Of a stretch of DNA of 64,000 bases, positions 8,843 through 16,922 are shown piece after piece (position 1 is the stretch's first letter; each line of letters begins with the position of its first letter). The notes under the pieces are model-generated. The model made no database searches. It had not been told where the DNA came from and worked only from the letters and a program-made list of their open reading frames with translations. Source of the stretch: Candidatus Portnoybacteria bacterium (lineage in GTDB: Bacteria; Patescibacteriota; Minisyncoccia; Portnoybacterales; GWB1-42-6); contig JACQXN010000022.1 in NCBI GenBank assembly GCA_016208745.1, positions 19,212 through 83,211 on the forward strand, in the 5' to 3' direction. The translations under genes were made by a program, and so were the position numbers.

Positions 8843-10921
8843 ATGTCAACCTTCAAGCTCCGCGCACCATTTCGCCCAACAGGTGACCAGCCAGGCGCAA
8901 TAAATGCACTAGTTAAAAATTTAAAGACTGGCATTAAGCATCAGACGCTTTTGGGTGTGACAGGAAGCGGCAAAACTTTTACTATGGCCAATGTGATTGA
9001 GAAAAATCAAAAACCAACATTGGTTATTTCGCATAATAAAACTTTGGCGGCCCAGCTTTATCAGGAATTTAAAGAGTTTTTTCCGGAAAACGCCGTGCAT
9101 TTTTTCGTCTCCTATTATGACTACTACCAACCCGAAGCCTATATCCCCCAAACCGACACCTATATTGATAAAGACGTAAAAATCAACGATGAAATTGACC
9201 GCCTGCGCCACGCCGCCACGCAGGCGCTTTTAACCAGAAATGACACGATTGTTGTGGCTTCAGTTTCTTGCATTTATAATATCGGCTCGCCAGAAGAATA
9301 TCAGAATTTGAGTTTAGAGTTTAAGAAAGGCCAATTTTTGAGCCGCCAGAAATTTTTAAGGCATTTAATATCTCTGCAATACCAGCGATCGGATGTTGAT
9401 TTCAAAAGAGGCACATTTAAAGTCCGGGGCGATTTAATTGAGGTCTGGTCAGCCACTGGCGAACAAATATTAAAATTTGATTTTTTTGGCAATCAGATAG
9501 AAAAAATATCAGAAATCAATTTGCCCAATAATATTTTAAAAGCAGACAAGGAAAAAGAAGTTAAACAGGCAAGAGTTTTTCCGGCTAAATACTGGGTCGC
9601 GCCAGAGCAGAAATTGGGCTTAGCAATAAAAAATATTAAATTGGAGCTTGAAAACCAGCTGGAAAAATTAAAAAGACAGAATAAAATTCTTGACGCCGAA
9701 CGGCTTAAGCGGCGCACCAACTTTGACCTTGAAATAATCAAAGAAACCGGCTATTGTCACGGCGTTGAAAATTATTCACGGCATTTGGAATTTCGCAAAC
9801 CCGGCGAGCCGCCTTTCACCTTATTGGACTATTTTCCAAAAGACTATTTATTGATTATTGACGAATCGCACATGACTGTTCCCCAGCTTAACGGAATGTA
9901 TTTTGGCGACCGCTCGCGCAAAGAAACTTTAATTGAGTATGGCTTCCGCTTGCCTTCGGCGCTTGATAACCGACCGCTTAAATTTAATGAGTTCGAGAAA
10001 AAGGTTGATCAAGTTGTCTATACTTCGGCAACGCCCAGTAAGTACGAAATCGAGAAATCAAAGTCTGTCTGCACGAAAAAAAATCCTCCCCATCCCTCCT
10101 CCGTATCAAGTACGGGGCAAGCTCTAAAGGGAGGGAGTGATTCCCCTCCTTTAGGAGGGGCAAGGGGAGATTTTTGCATCATCCAGCAGCTCATCCGCCC
10201 CACTGGCCTGCTTGATCCGGCAATAGAAATCCGTTCAACTAAAAATCAAATTCCACATTTAATCAAGCAAATCAAAGAAACGGTCGAAAGTGGTGCCAGG
10301 GTTTTAGTAACAACAATTACCAAACGCCTCTCCGAAGACTTATCGGAATATTTGCAAGAGCAAGGAATAAAAGCCCAATATCTGCATTCTGAAATTAAAA
10401 CATTGGAACGACCGGAAATTTTGAAAGATTTAAGACTTGGCAAAATCGACGTTTTGGTTGGCATTAATCTTTTAAGAGAGGGGCTGGATTTACCAGAAGT
10501 TGGGCTGGTGGCAATTTTGGATGCTGACAAGGAAGGCTTTTTGCGCAATGACACAACGCTTATCCAAACAATGGGCCGCGCTTCTCGCCATCCGCAAGGC
10601 CGCGTTATTATGTATGCTGACAAGATTACCCAATCAATGAAACGCGCAATTTCTGAAACCAATCGCCGGCGCAAAATTCAGGAAAGCTATAATAAAAAAC
10701 ATAAAATCACGCCCCAGCCAATTAAAAAAGGCATCCGGCCAAGCATTGTAGAAATTACAAAAATGCCAAAAGGAGCGCTAAAAACTGAGAAAGAATATCT
10801 GGAAGAATACATTAAGGAGCTTGAGTTTAAAATGGAACTGGCTAATCGGAATTTGCAATTTGACGAAGCAATGAGACTGCAAGAACAAATTAATAAATTA
10901 AAAAGGGCGACGAAAAAATAA
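8843..10921 (+). CDS. uvrB: Excinuclease ABC subunit B
   Basis: GVTGSGKT, YYDYYQPEAY, DESH, SATP, INLLREGLD, QTMGRA.R; in-frame repeat insertion. Confidence 0.97.
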   Translation: MSTFKLRAPFRPTGDQPGAINALVKNLKTGIKHQTLLGVTGSGKTFTMANVIEKNQKPTLVISHNKTLAAQLYQEFKEFFPENAVHFFVSYYDYYQPEAYIPQTDTYIDKDVKINDEIDRLRHAATQALLTRNDTIVVASVSCIYNIGSPEEYQNLSLEFKKGQFLSRQKFLRHLISLQYQRSDVDFKRGTFKVRGDLIEVWSATGEQILKFDFFGNQIEKISEINLPNNILKADKEKEVKQARVFPAKYWVAPEQKLGLAIKNIKLELENQLEKLKRQNKILDAERLKRRTNFDLEIIKETGYCHGVENYSRHLEFRKPGEPPFTLLDYFPKDYLLIIDESHMTVPQLNGMYFGDRSRKETLIEYGFRLPSALDNRPLKFNEFEKKVDQVVYTSATPSKYEIEKSKSVCTKKNPPHPSSVSSTGQALKGGSDSPPLGGARGDFCIIQQLIRPTGLLDPAIEIRSTKNQIPHLIKQIKETVESGARVLVTTITKRLSEDLSEYLQEQGIKAQYLHSEIKTLERPEILKDLRLGKIDVLVGINLLREGLDLPEVGLVAILDADKEGFLRNDTTLIQTMGRASRHPQGRVIMYADKITQSMKRAISETNRRRKIQESYNKKHKITPQPIKKGIRPSIVEITKMPKGALKTEKEYLEEYIKELEFKMELANRNLQFDEAMRLQEQINKLKRATKK

Positions 10922-10922
10922 A

Positions 10923-11799
10923 GGGCATTCTTAACAAGTTGGAACAAGGAACAATGAATTCTTTAAGTATTCATGCGGGTTTTTAAAGATTTCAGGGTGG
11001 TTAAAATTTGCTTCAAATTCAGCCACGACATTTTCTAACTTGGAACCGGTAACGTGATGGTATTTTCTTCTGATAAAAGTCCTTAAATTACCAAATACTC
11101 CCTCTATCTCAGAAGTCAGCCCAAACTCCCATTTGGAATGAATGTCTCTTTGGTGAGTGACCGGCCAGGCATTCTTGATGCCCCGGTAATAGCCGGCTCC
11201 GTCCGTAAACAGCTTTGAGCCCGGCTCAACATGTCTGACAATGAATTGAGAGACGTTCTGTTTCTGAACATATTGTTTTGGGATGACTCGCAAAATTACC
11301 TTTTTGGCCAGCGTGTCTTTGGCTGCGATGACCGCTTTACCTCTAAAGAATGCTTCATCCATCTGAATCGTATCTTTTAGCGGAGAAAGCCAGTCAGGAT
11401 CAGGAATATTAAGCCTGAAGTTATCAAGCCAATTTCTAATTGTGACTTCGCTTAATTCTGTAATTTTAATTGTTTGGGTAATTGGCAAATGATTTAGCCA
11501 ACACCACAGAAGCGTGTAAAATGTTTCCCAGGGCAGCTTCATGTTGGACAGCCAGGTGTTGCTGGTTAGAGAGAAGGGTCTGCGGCATTTTTTACAGCGG
11601 TACCGATTCTCTGATTTGTAGACACTACGGCTTTTGCAACGCGGACAATGCAGATGAGTGCCAAAAAGAATACGCCTAACTATCTTTTTAATCTTAACTT
11701 CTGATGGTATTTGTTTTAAATGATACATAGGAGCAGATTTTTTAAAGATTTTCATCTTTATTGTATCATTGAATCTGTTCCAACTTCTTTAGTATACCC
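10923..11799 (-). mobile_element. IS1595-family insertion sequence (~877 bp)
   Basis: 24-bp terminal inverted repeats GGGCATTCTTAACAAGTTGGAACA / GGGTATACTAAAGAAGTTGGAACA (20/24 match) around a transposase. Confidence 0.85.
10931..11755 (-). CDS. IS1595/ISXO2-like DDE transposase
   Basis: Zn ribbon CPRC...YRCKKC, HTH, QMDEAFF, FTDG, IEG.FG.L...I...YHHV. Confidence 0.88.
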   Translation of the reverse strand: MKIFKKSAPMYHLKQIPSEVKIKKIVRRILFGTHLHCPRCKSRSVYKSENRYRCKKCRRPFSLTSNTWLSNMKLPWETFYTLLWCWLNHLPITQTIKITELSEVTIRNWLDNFRLNIPDPDWLSPLKDTIQMDEAFFRGKAVIAAKDTLAKKVILRVIPKQYVQKQNVSQFIVRHVEPGSKLFTDGAGYYRGIKNAWPVTHQRDIHSKWEFGLTSEIEGVFGNLRTFIRRKYHHVTGSKLENVVAEFEANFNHPEIFKNPHEYLKNSLFLVPTC

Positions 11800-11863
11800 A
11801 AATCATAATGTATGCCTAGCCGCGATGGTTTCGTGGCAAAATCACATCATTAGGGAGGCGGCA

Positions 11864-12055
11864 ATGGAAAAATGGGAAAAGTTTCTTAGTCGAGCCATGG
11901 TCGGAGGACTTGGTGAAAAAGTGAGAGAGGCTGTTATGGCAAATCCCGCTAGTCGCGATGACATAAAAATCGTCATCAAGGCTGCCGTAGAATTCGGGGG
12001 CCTGTCGGATGAGGCAATCATCGAAAAATACGGACCATCACCATTTCGCGGATAA
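11864..12055 (+). CDS. Hypothetical 63-aa protein (orphan)
   Basis: AGGGAGG SD before ATG 11864; ccctgtca/tgacaggg-T tail terminator downstream. Confidence 0.55.
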   Translation: MEKWEKFLSRAMVGGLGEKVREAVMANPASRDDIKIVIKAAVEFGGLSDEAIIEKYGPSPFRG

Positions 12056-12270
12056 CTCGGCCGCGTGTCAGTTTTACACCCTGTCATAAAAAGCTTAGCG
12101 CCTACTGACAGGGATTTTTTTTGACAGCGACCCCCTTTTTCTTGCCAAAAATAAAATTATCTGCTATATTCTCAATACAATCGAAAAACTAAAAATTAAG
12201 AATGAAAAACAACAATTAAAAATTAAAGGTTAATTTTTAACTTTTTCATTTTTCCTTTTTATATTGAAAT

Positions 12271-12528
12271 ATGCCAATCAAAGAATCAGCTAAAAAAGCA
12301 TTAAGACAAGAAAAAAAACATCGCGTTTTGAATTTGGCGCGGCAAAAAGCGGCCAAAGATGTTGTCAAAAAAATCAAAAAAATGGCAACTGCCGGCCAAA
12401 AAGACGAAGCAAAAAAGCTTGTCTCGCAAGCATATCAAGCCGTGGATAAAGCCGTTAAAAGAGGCGTCATCAAAAAAAATACCGCGGCCAGGCAAAAATC
12501 AAGATTAATGAAAATGCTGAATAAATAA
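12271..12528 (+). CDS. rpsT: 30S ribosomal protein S20
   Basis: MPI..SAKKALRQ...DKA.KRG.IKKN.AAR.KSRL. Confidence 0.95.
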   Translation: MPIKESAKKALRQEKKHRVLNLARQKAAKDVVKKIKKMATAGQKDEAKKLVSQAYQAVDKAVKRGVIKKNTAARQKSRLMKMLNK

Positions 12529-12531
12529 AAG

Positions 12532-12565
12532 AAAAACCACCCGATAAAATACTGGGTGGTTTTTT
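12532..12565. terminator. Bidirectional intrinsic terminator
   Basis: aaaaccaccc...gggtggtttttt between convergent genes. Confidence 0.75.
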
Positions 12566-12573
12566 GTTTTTTA

Positions 12574-13212
12574 CTATTCTTCTACCAGCTCCGCAAGGAG
12601 CCTTCCCCAATCTTTCAGCCCGTCCTTTGTTTCCATATGGTTTGATGCAACAAGCTTGGTGTCGCCAGCTGAAAAACCAAAGAGTCTGTCAAAGGCAAAA
12701 ACGAATGGGTCGTCATGATGATTCCCCTGCGTAATGATCCCGACTTTCTTCACGCCAGCCTGCAATGCCCTCAAAACAATTATCGGCCCGTAAGGCATCT
12801 CACCCTGCTTTGAAACTAATTCCTCGCCTTTGGCGTTCATGCACTGATTCCCACCCTTTGGAAGCATAACGTCAGTAAGCACAACATCAAAGGGCATGTG
12901 CTTTGATTCTACTTCTGCCTTACGAAGAGCGAGCCTTATTTCTTTGGGAGCTTCGAAATGAGGCATTTCCTCTCCTTCGGAATTCCGCAAATACCAAATT
13001 TTGTGATTTGGGATACTGCTGTCTTCTTCTATTATCTTCCATCCACCTGTCGCTTTCTCAAATGCTGCCCTGAATTCATTAGGGTCAACGACAGGGATTA
13101 AAACTTCATGAGCCTGATCATATCCGGTTACAATGGTCAGCTCATGACCCCCTAACGCTCTCTTTGCCGCCTCAATATTCTTCTCCTTGTCTTCAACCAC
13201 TAAAATCTTCAT
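12574..13212 (-). CDS. Atypical receiver-domain-like protein with large insertion
   Basis: MKILVVED start and FDVVLTDVMLP motif separated by ~70 extra residues; GGAAGGAGG SD. Confidence 0.6.
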   Translation of the reverse strand: MKILVVEDKEKNIEAAKRALGGHELTIVTGYDQAHEVLIPVVDPNEFRAAFEKATGGWKIIEEDSSIPNHKIWYLRNSEGEEMPHFEAPKEIRLALRKAEVESKHMPFDVVLTDVMLPKGGNQCMNAKGEELVSKQGEMPYGPIIVLRALQAGVKKVGIITQGNHHDDPFVFAFDRLFGFSAGDTKLVASNHMETKDGLKDWGRLLAELVEE

Positions 13213-13350
13213 AATACCCTCCTTCCCTTGCCTGCTCTTTTGGAGTTCAGATCTTATAGGGCTCTGGTTTTTTAAAGAACCATCTTACATTTTTATCATA
13301 CCAGAATTTGTCAAATAATGTCGGCCTGTTGATAAAAAAATTGATAGCTA

Positions 13351-13379
13351 TTGACGTATTCTGGCTTATATGATATACT
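13351..13379 (+). promoter_or_regulatory. sigma70-type promoter
   Basis: TTGACG-17-TATACT. Confidence 0.65.
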
Positions 13380-13406
13380 TAATATGTCGGTGTGATTTCC
13401 ACAAAT

Positions 13407-14165
13407 ATGATAAGAGACCTGCTAAACCAGCTAAATTTCTCAGAAAAAGAGGCTAATGTCTATTTAGCCCTACTTGAGCTTGGCTCGGCCAAAGCTAAAG
13501 AGATATCTCGTAAAACAGGCCTAAATCGAACAACCATATATGATATTTGTGAGGCGTTATTGCAAAAGGGGGTTATTAGTAAGTATAAAAAGGGCGCCTC
13601 TATGTTTTTTAACGCCCTTGATCCTAAATACCTAATAACCTATCTTGACCGAGAGAAAGAAGAAAATTCAAAAAAAATCGAAAAGCAGAAACGTAGAATC
13701 AATGAACTTTTACCCCAGCTAATTTCTCTCCAAGATATTTCTTCGGCAAAGCCCAAGATACAATTTTTTGAGGGAGAAAAAGGAATGCGTGAGGCTTACG
13801 AAGATACCTTAACCTCAAAAGAAATAATTTTAGCTTATGCCAATGTTGAAACAATGCATGAAGGACTGCCTAACTTTTTCCCTGAATATTATGCCAGACG
13901 GGCAAAAAATAAAATTTTTATCAGAGCCATAATCCCAAGAAATGAGGCTTCTATTGAGCGCTCGAAGAATAATCAACAAGAAATGCGCGATACCAGATTC
14001 CTGCCCGAAGAAATGACTTTTTCGCCAGAGGTTAATATCTATAACAATAAAATCTTGATTGTCTCTTGGAAAGAAAAAATGGCAATCTTAATAGAGTCAA
14101 AGGAGCTGACTGATTTACAACGGATAACCTTTGATTTACTCTGGGACACTCTACCTAAAAATTAA
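13407..14165 (+). CDS. TrmB-family transcriptional regulator
   Basis: L..L.FSEKEA.VYLALLELG...ISRKTGLNRTT.Y; C-terminal P.IQFFEG..G and IYNNKI. Confidence 0.88.
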   Translation: MIRDLLNQLNFSEKEANVYLALLELGSAKAKEISRKTGLNRTTIYDICEALLQKGVISKYKKGASMFFNALDPKYLITYLDREKEENSKKIEKQKRRINELLPQLISLQDISSAKPKIQFFEGEKGMREAYEDTLTSKEIILAYANVETMHEGLPNFFPEYYARRAKNKIFIRAIIPRNEASIERSKNNQQEMRDTRFLPEEMTFSPEVNIYNNKILIVSWKEKMAILIESKELTDLQRITFDLLWDTLPKN

Positions 14166-14176
14166 TTAAGGCAAGT

Positions 14177-14209
14177 AAAAACCGCCCCACAAAATTTGGG
14201 GCGGTTTTT
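14177..14209. terminator. Bidirectional intrinsic terminator
   Basis: aaaaccgcccc...ggggcggttttt. Confidence 0.75.
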
Positions 14210-14235
14210 GTGTTCTCTTTTTTATTTAAACAGCG

Positions 14236-15189
14236 CTATCCCGTTATTTCTGCCACCACCAAATCCAACGCCACCTTAGGCTCAATTTTTCCGCGCTTGA
14301 TTGCAATATCAAGCTTTAATAACCTGTTGTATATTTTTTCTAAAATCTCCAGGCTAAAATTCCTAATTTGCGGCCAGGATTTTTTTATAACAAAAGGGTG
14401 TAGGCCGGTTTTTTTAGCCAAGGCGCCAAATTGCGTCCCCTGCTCTGACAGGCTCTTTATCTGTAATAAATTCCTGAACTGATAAACAAACATTGATAAA
14501 ATATAAATTTCGCTCTCGCCCTGCGACAAATGCTGATGCAATAATTTATAAACCAGTGTTTTATTCCTTGAGGCTAGAGCGTCAATGGTGTTAAAAATAT
14601 TGGGGTCAAATTTTGCTTTAACTAAAATATCTATATCCTTTTCGCCAATGGGGTCTTCCGCCTTATAGGCAACCAGCTTTTCAATTTCATTGTGCATCTG
14701 CCAAAGATCCGAACCGACTGAACCAGCTAATTTTTCTGCGGCTTGCGGCAAAATTTTGCCGCCAAAATTCTCCACCTCTTTTTTTATCCAATTGATAAGC
14801 TTTACTCCGCTGAGATATTCAAAATTTTGGGCCATCTCTGATTTTTTGGCCAACCAATCAAACAACTCTCCCTTCTCTGGTTTCTTGCTCTCAAAAAATA
14901 CCAGAATTATATCTTCGTCTTTTTCGGTTTTCTTTTTTTCCAGCAATTCTTTTAATTTCTGCTGGTCAGATTTTGCCGCCAAAGACGCCTCTTTGATAAC
15001 AATTAATTTTTTCTCGGCAAACATAGAAATAGAACCAAGCATATTGCCAAGCTCGGCCCATATATCAGGCAACCAATCAAATTGCCTAAAATTAAGGCCG
15101 CTTTTGTGTTTAACTTGATAGCCCTCAACAATTTCCTGTAATTTTTGACGGGACCGGAAAGTATCAGGCCCGTAAAGAAAAATGATCAT
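14236..15189 (-). CDS. holA: DNA polymerase III subunit delta
   Basis: IIFLYGPD, SMFAEKKL, NEIEKL, HPFV.KK, D.AIK.G. Confidence 0.92.
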   Translation of the reverse strand: MIIFLYGPDTFRSRQKLQEIVEGYQVKHKSGLNFRQFDWLPDIWAELGNMLGSISMFAEKKLIVIKEASLAAKSDQQKLKELLEKKKTEKDEDIILVFFESKKPEKGELFDWLAKKSEMAQNFEYLSGVKLINWIKKEVENFGGKILPQAAEKLAGSVGSDLWQMHNEIEKLVAYKAEDPIGEKDIDILVKAKFDPNIFNTIDALASRNKTLVYKLLHQHLSQGESEIYILSMFVYQFRNLLQIKSLSEQGTQFGALAKKTGLHPFVIKKSWPQIRNFSLEILEKIYNRLLKLDIAIKRGKIEPKVALDLVVAEITG

Positions 15190-15228
15190 AACGCTCCTTT
15201 AATATGTATTAAAAATTCAGCCTTCTCC

Positions 15229-15431
15229 TTGCATCGAAAAATTTTGCAAGAAAATTGAGATGAGCGAGGCGTTTGAAAAATTGCCGAGCGACGAGGGAAG
15301 CGAGGAGTTTACGAGGCAATTTTTAGATGAGCGAATCCAATTTTCTCAAAATTTTATCGCTGCAAGTGGTTTTTTGGTTACTTTTTTGTCATCAAAAAAG
15401 CAACTCTTTACCGCCTTTGGATAAAGGCGAT
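15229..15431. repeat. ~200-bp structured repeat, copy 2
   Basis: Homologous to 4194-4398 with compensatory stem changes. Confidence 0.8.
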
Positions 15432-16487
15432 TTAATTCCCATAAGCTACTTCTTGTGTCGGATCCGCGATTTGAACCCAAATTTGGCCGGGCACGAATTT
15501 AATTTCCTGATCTTGCTCGTCATAAAAAAATAGCTTGCTTTTTTGACTCTTACTATCTTTTTCCCATCTGCCTTTAATAACTTGTCCGTTTAAATAAAAT
15601 TCAGCATCACCATTGCCTTCAATCTGAACATCGTTATATTGATCTTCCAGTTGACGGGATTGCGCCCTCATAATAACAATGTTTTTTGCCTCAACTTGGG
15701 AATTGTTATTTTTGTCTATTTCTTTTAAGTTATTGCGAAAACGAAAATAAGAATTGGTTTCTGGATCATATTGATAAGAAACACCAAAAGCGCCCGGATA
15801 TTTAATTTTTAAAATCTTTTTTTCTTTTTCTTGGCTGGCGATTTCACTTTTTAAAAGATGCTGATAGCCAACCAATTCTGATGTCAACTGATAACCAAGT
15901 TTCCCGGCCGTGTCTAAAAGCCTTTTGGCAGAGGTAAATCCGTTATGAGGCGCCGCAATGCCGGATTGACGATAAAAAGCATTATAGGGGTTAGGCAGGG
16001 CGTCAATATTATCCATGATGCCGGTTTTTAATTTTTCCAACGCAAAATGAGATCCGCCCCAATGGGCATAAATCGCGTCAAGGCCCAGAGCCAAAGGGAT
16101 AAAATCGTGCCGCGCCGATCTGACAGAGCCGATTTTTTCCGGAGAGTTGCATACAAAAACCGCCATTAGGCGCGTAATGCCGCCTTCCACCACCGGCATT
16201 TCAAAAACTAAATCCGCTTGTGAAATTCCAGCCAGCGGCCGCGCCTCAGCATCACTGCTTAGCATAATGGCTAGCGGCCGGCGATTGGCATTCTCGCAGG
16301 CAAGACCTGAAATCGGACTCTTTGGCCCCTGATCTTCGTTTATTTCCTGCTCTTGCTTGTTGTTCTGGCCTGAAACAAACTCAAAAGTACGGCCCTTCTG
16401 CCAAACAAAAAATGCGCTGCCCAGCAACACAAAAAATAAAATAGCGACAAAAATTATAAATTTAATTTTTTTCCTATTCGCCCTCAT
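15432..16487 (-). CDS. DUF3048 (YerB-like) membrane-anchored protein
   Basis: RPLAIM...ARP..GISQAD.VFE..VEGGITR, GSVRSAR, HWGGS, APHN. Confidence 0.85.
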   Translation of the reverse strand: MRANRKKIKFIIFVAILFFVLLGSAFFVWQKGRTFEFVSGQNNKQEQEINEDQGPKSPISGLACENANRRPLAIMLSSDAEARPLAGISQADLVFEMPVVEGGITRLMAVFVCNSPEKIGSVRSARHDFIPLALGLDAIYAHWGGSHFALEKLKTGIMDNIDALPNPYNAFYRQSGIAAPHNGFTSAKRLLDTAGKLGYQLTSELVGYQHLLKSEIASQEKEKKILKIKYPGAFGVSYQYDPETNSYFRFRNNLKEIDKNNNSQVEAKNIVIMRAQSRQLEDQYNDVQIEGNGDAEFYLNGQVIKGRWEKDSKSQKSKLFFYDEQDQEIKFVPGQIWVQIADPTQEVAYGN

Positions 16488-16864
16488 TTCTTTCCTTCTA
16501 AAACCTGCCTAATTTTATTGATAATTTCTCCCGGCGTAAAGTGGGCCTTGATTAAAAAGTCGTTTGCGCCAAGACTTATGCCTTTTTGCACATCTTCGCG
16601 CTGGCCGAGATTACTTAAAATTATTACTGGGATTTTCTTTATTTCTTCAGGAAAATCTTTTTTCAATCGTTCCAAAACCTCAAATCCATTAATCCCGGGC
16701 AGGATTAAGTCTAAAAGGATTAACGCTGGTTGGTCTTCCCTGATTTTTCTTAACGCCTCCTCGCCATCAACAACCGGGATGACTTCATAGCCCTCGCTTT
16801 TTATTTTCTTGGAGATCAGCTCTCTTAAGAATTTATCGTCTTCAACGACTAATATCTTCTCCAT
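16484..16864 (-). CDS. Single-domain response regulator
   Basis: ILVVEDD, LLDLILP..NG, ILSN, GA.DFLIK. Confidence 0.9.
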   Translation of the reverse strand: MEKILVVEDDKFLRELISKKIKSEGYEVIPVVDGEEALRKIREDQPALILLDLILPGINGFEVLERLKKDFPEEIKKIPVIILSNLGQREDVQKGISLGANDFLIKAHFTPGEIINKIRQVLEGKK

Positions 16865-16922
16865 AAATAATTCACTAGTTAGTTAATGTTAATTATATTA
16901 TAAAACAAAAACGTCAAAATCG

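Noticed and set aside
15327-15533. 68-aa ORF
   Set aside because: It starts inside the 200-bp repeat and is antisense to the DUF3048 gene.
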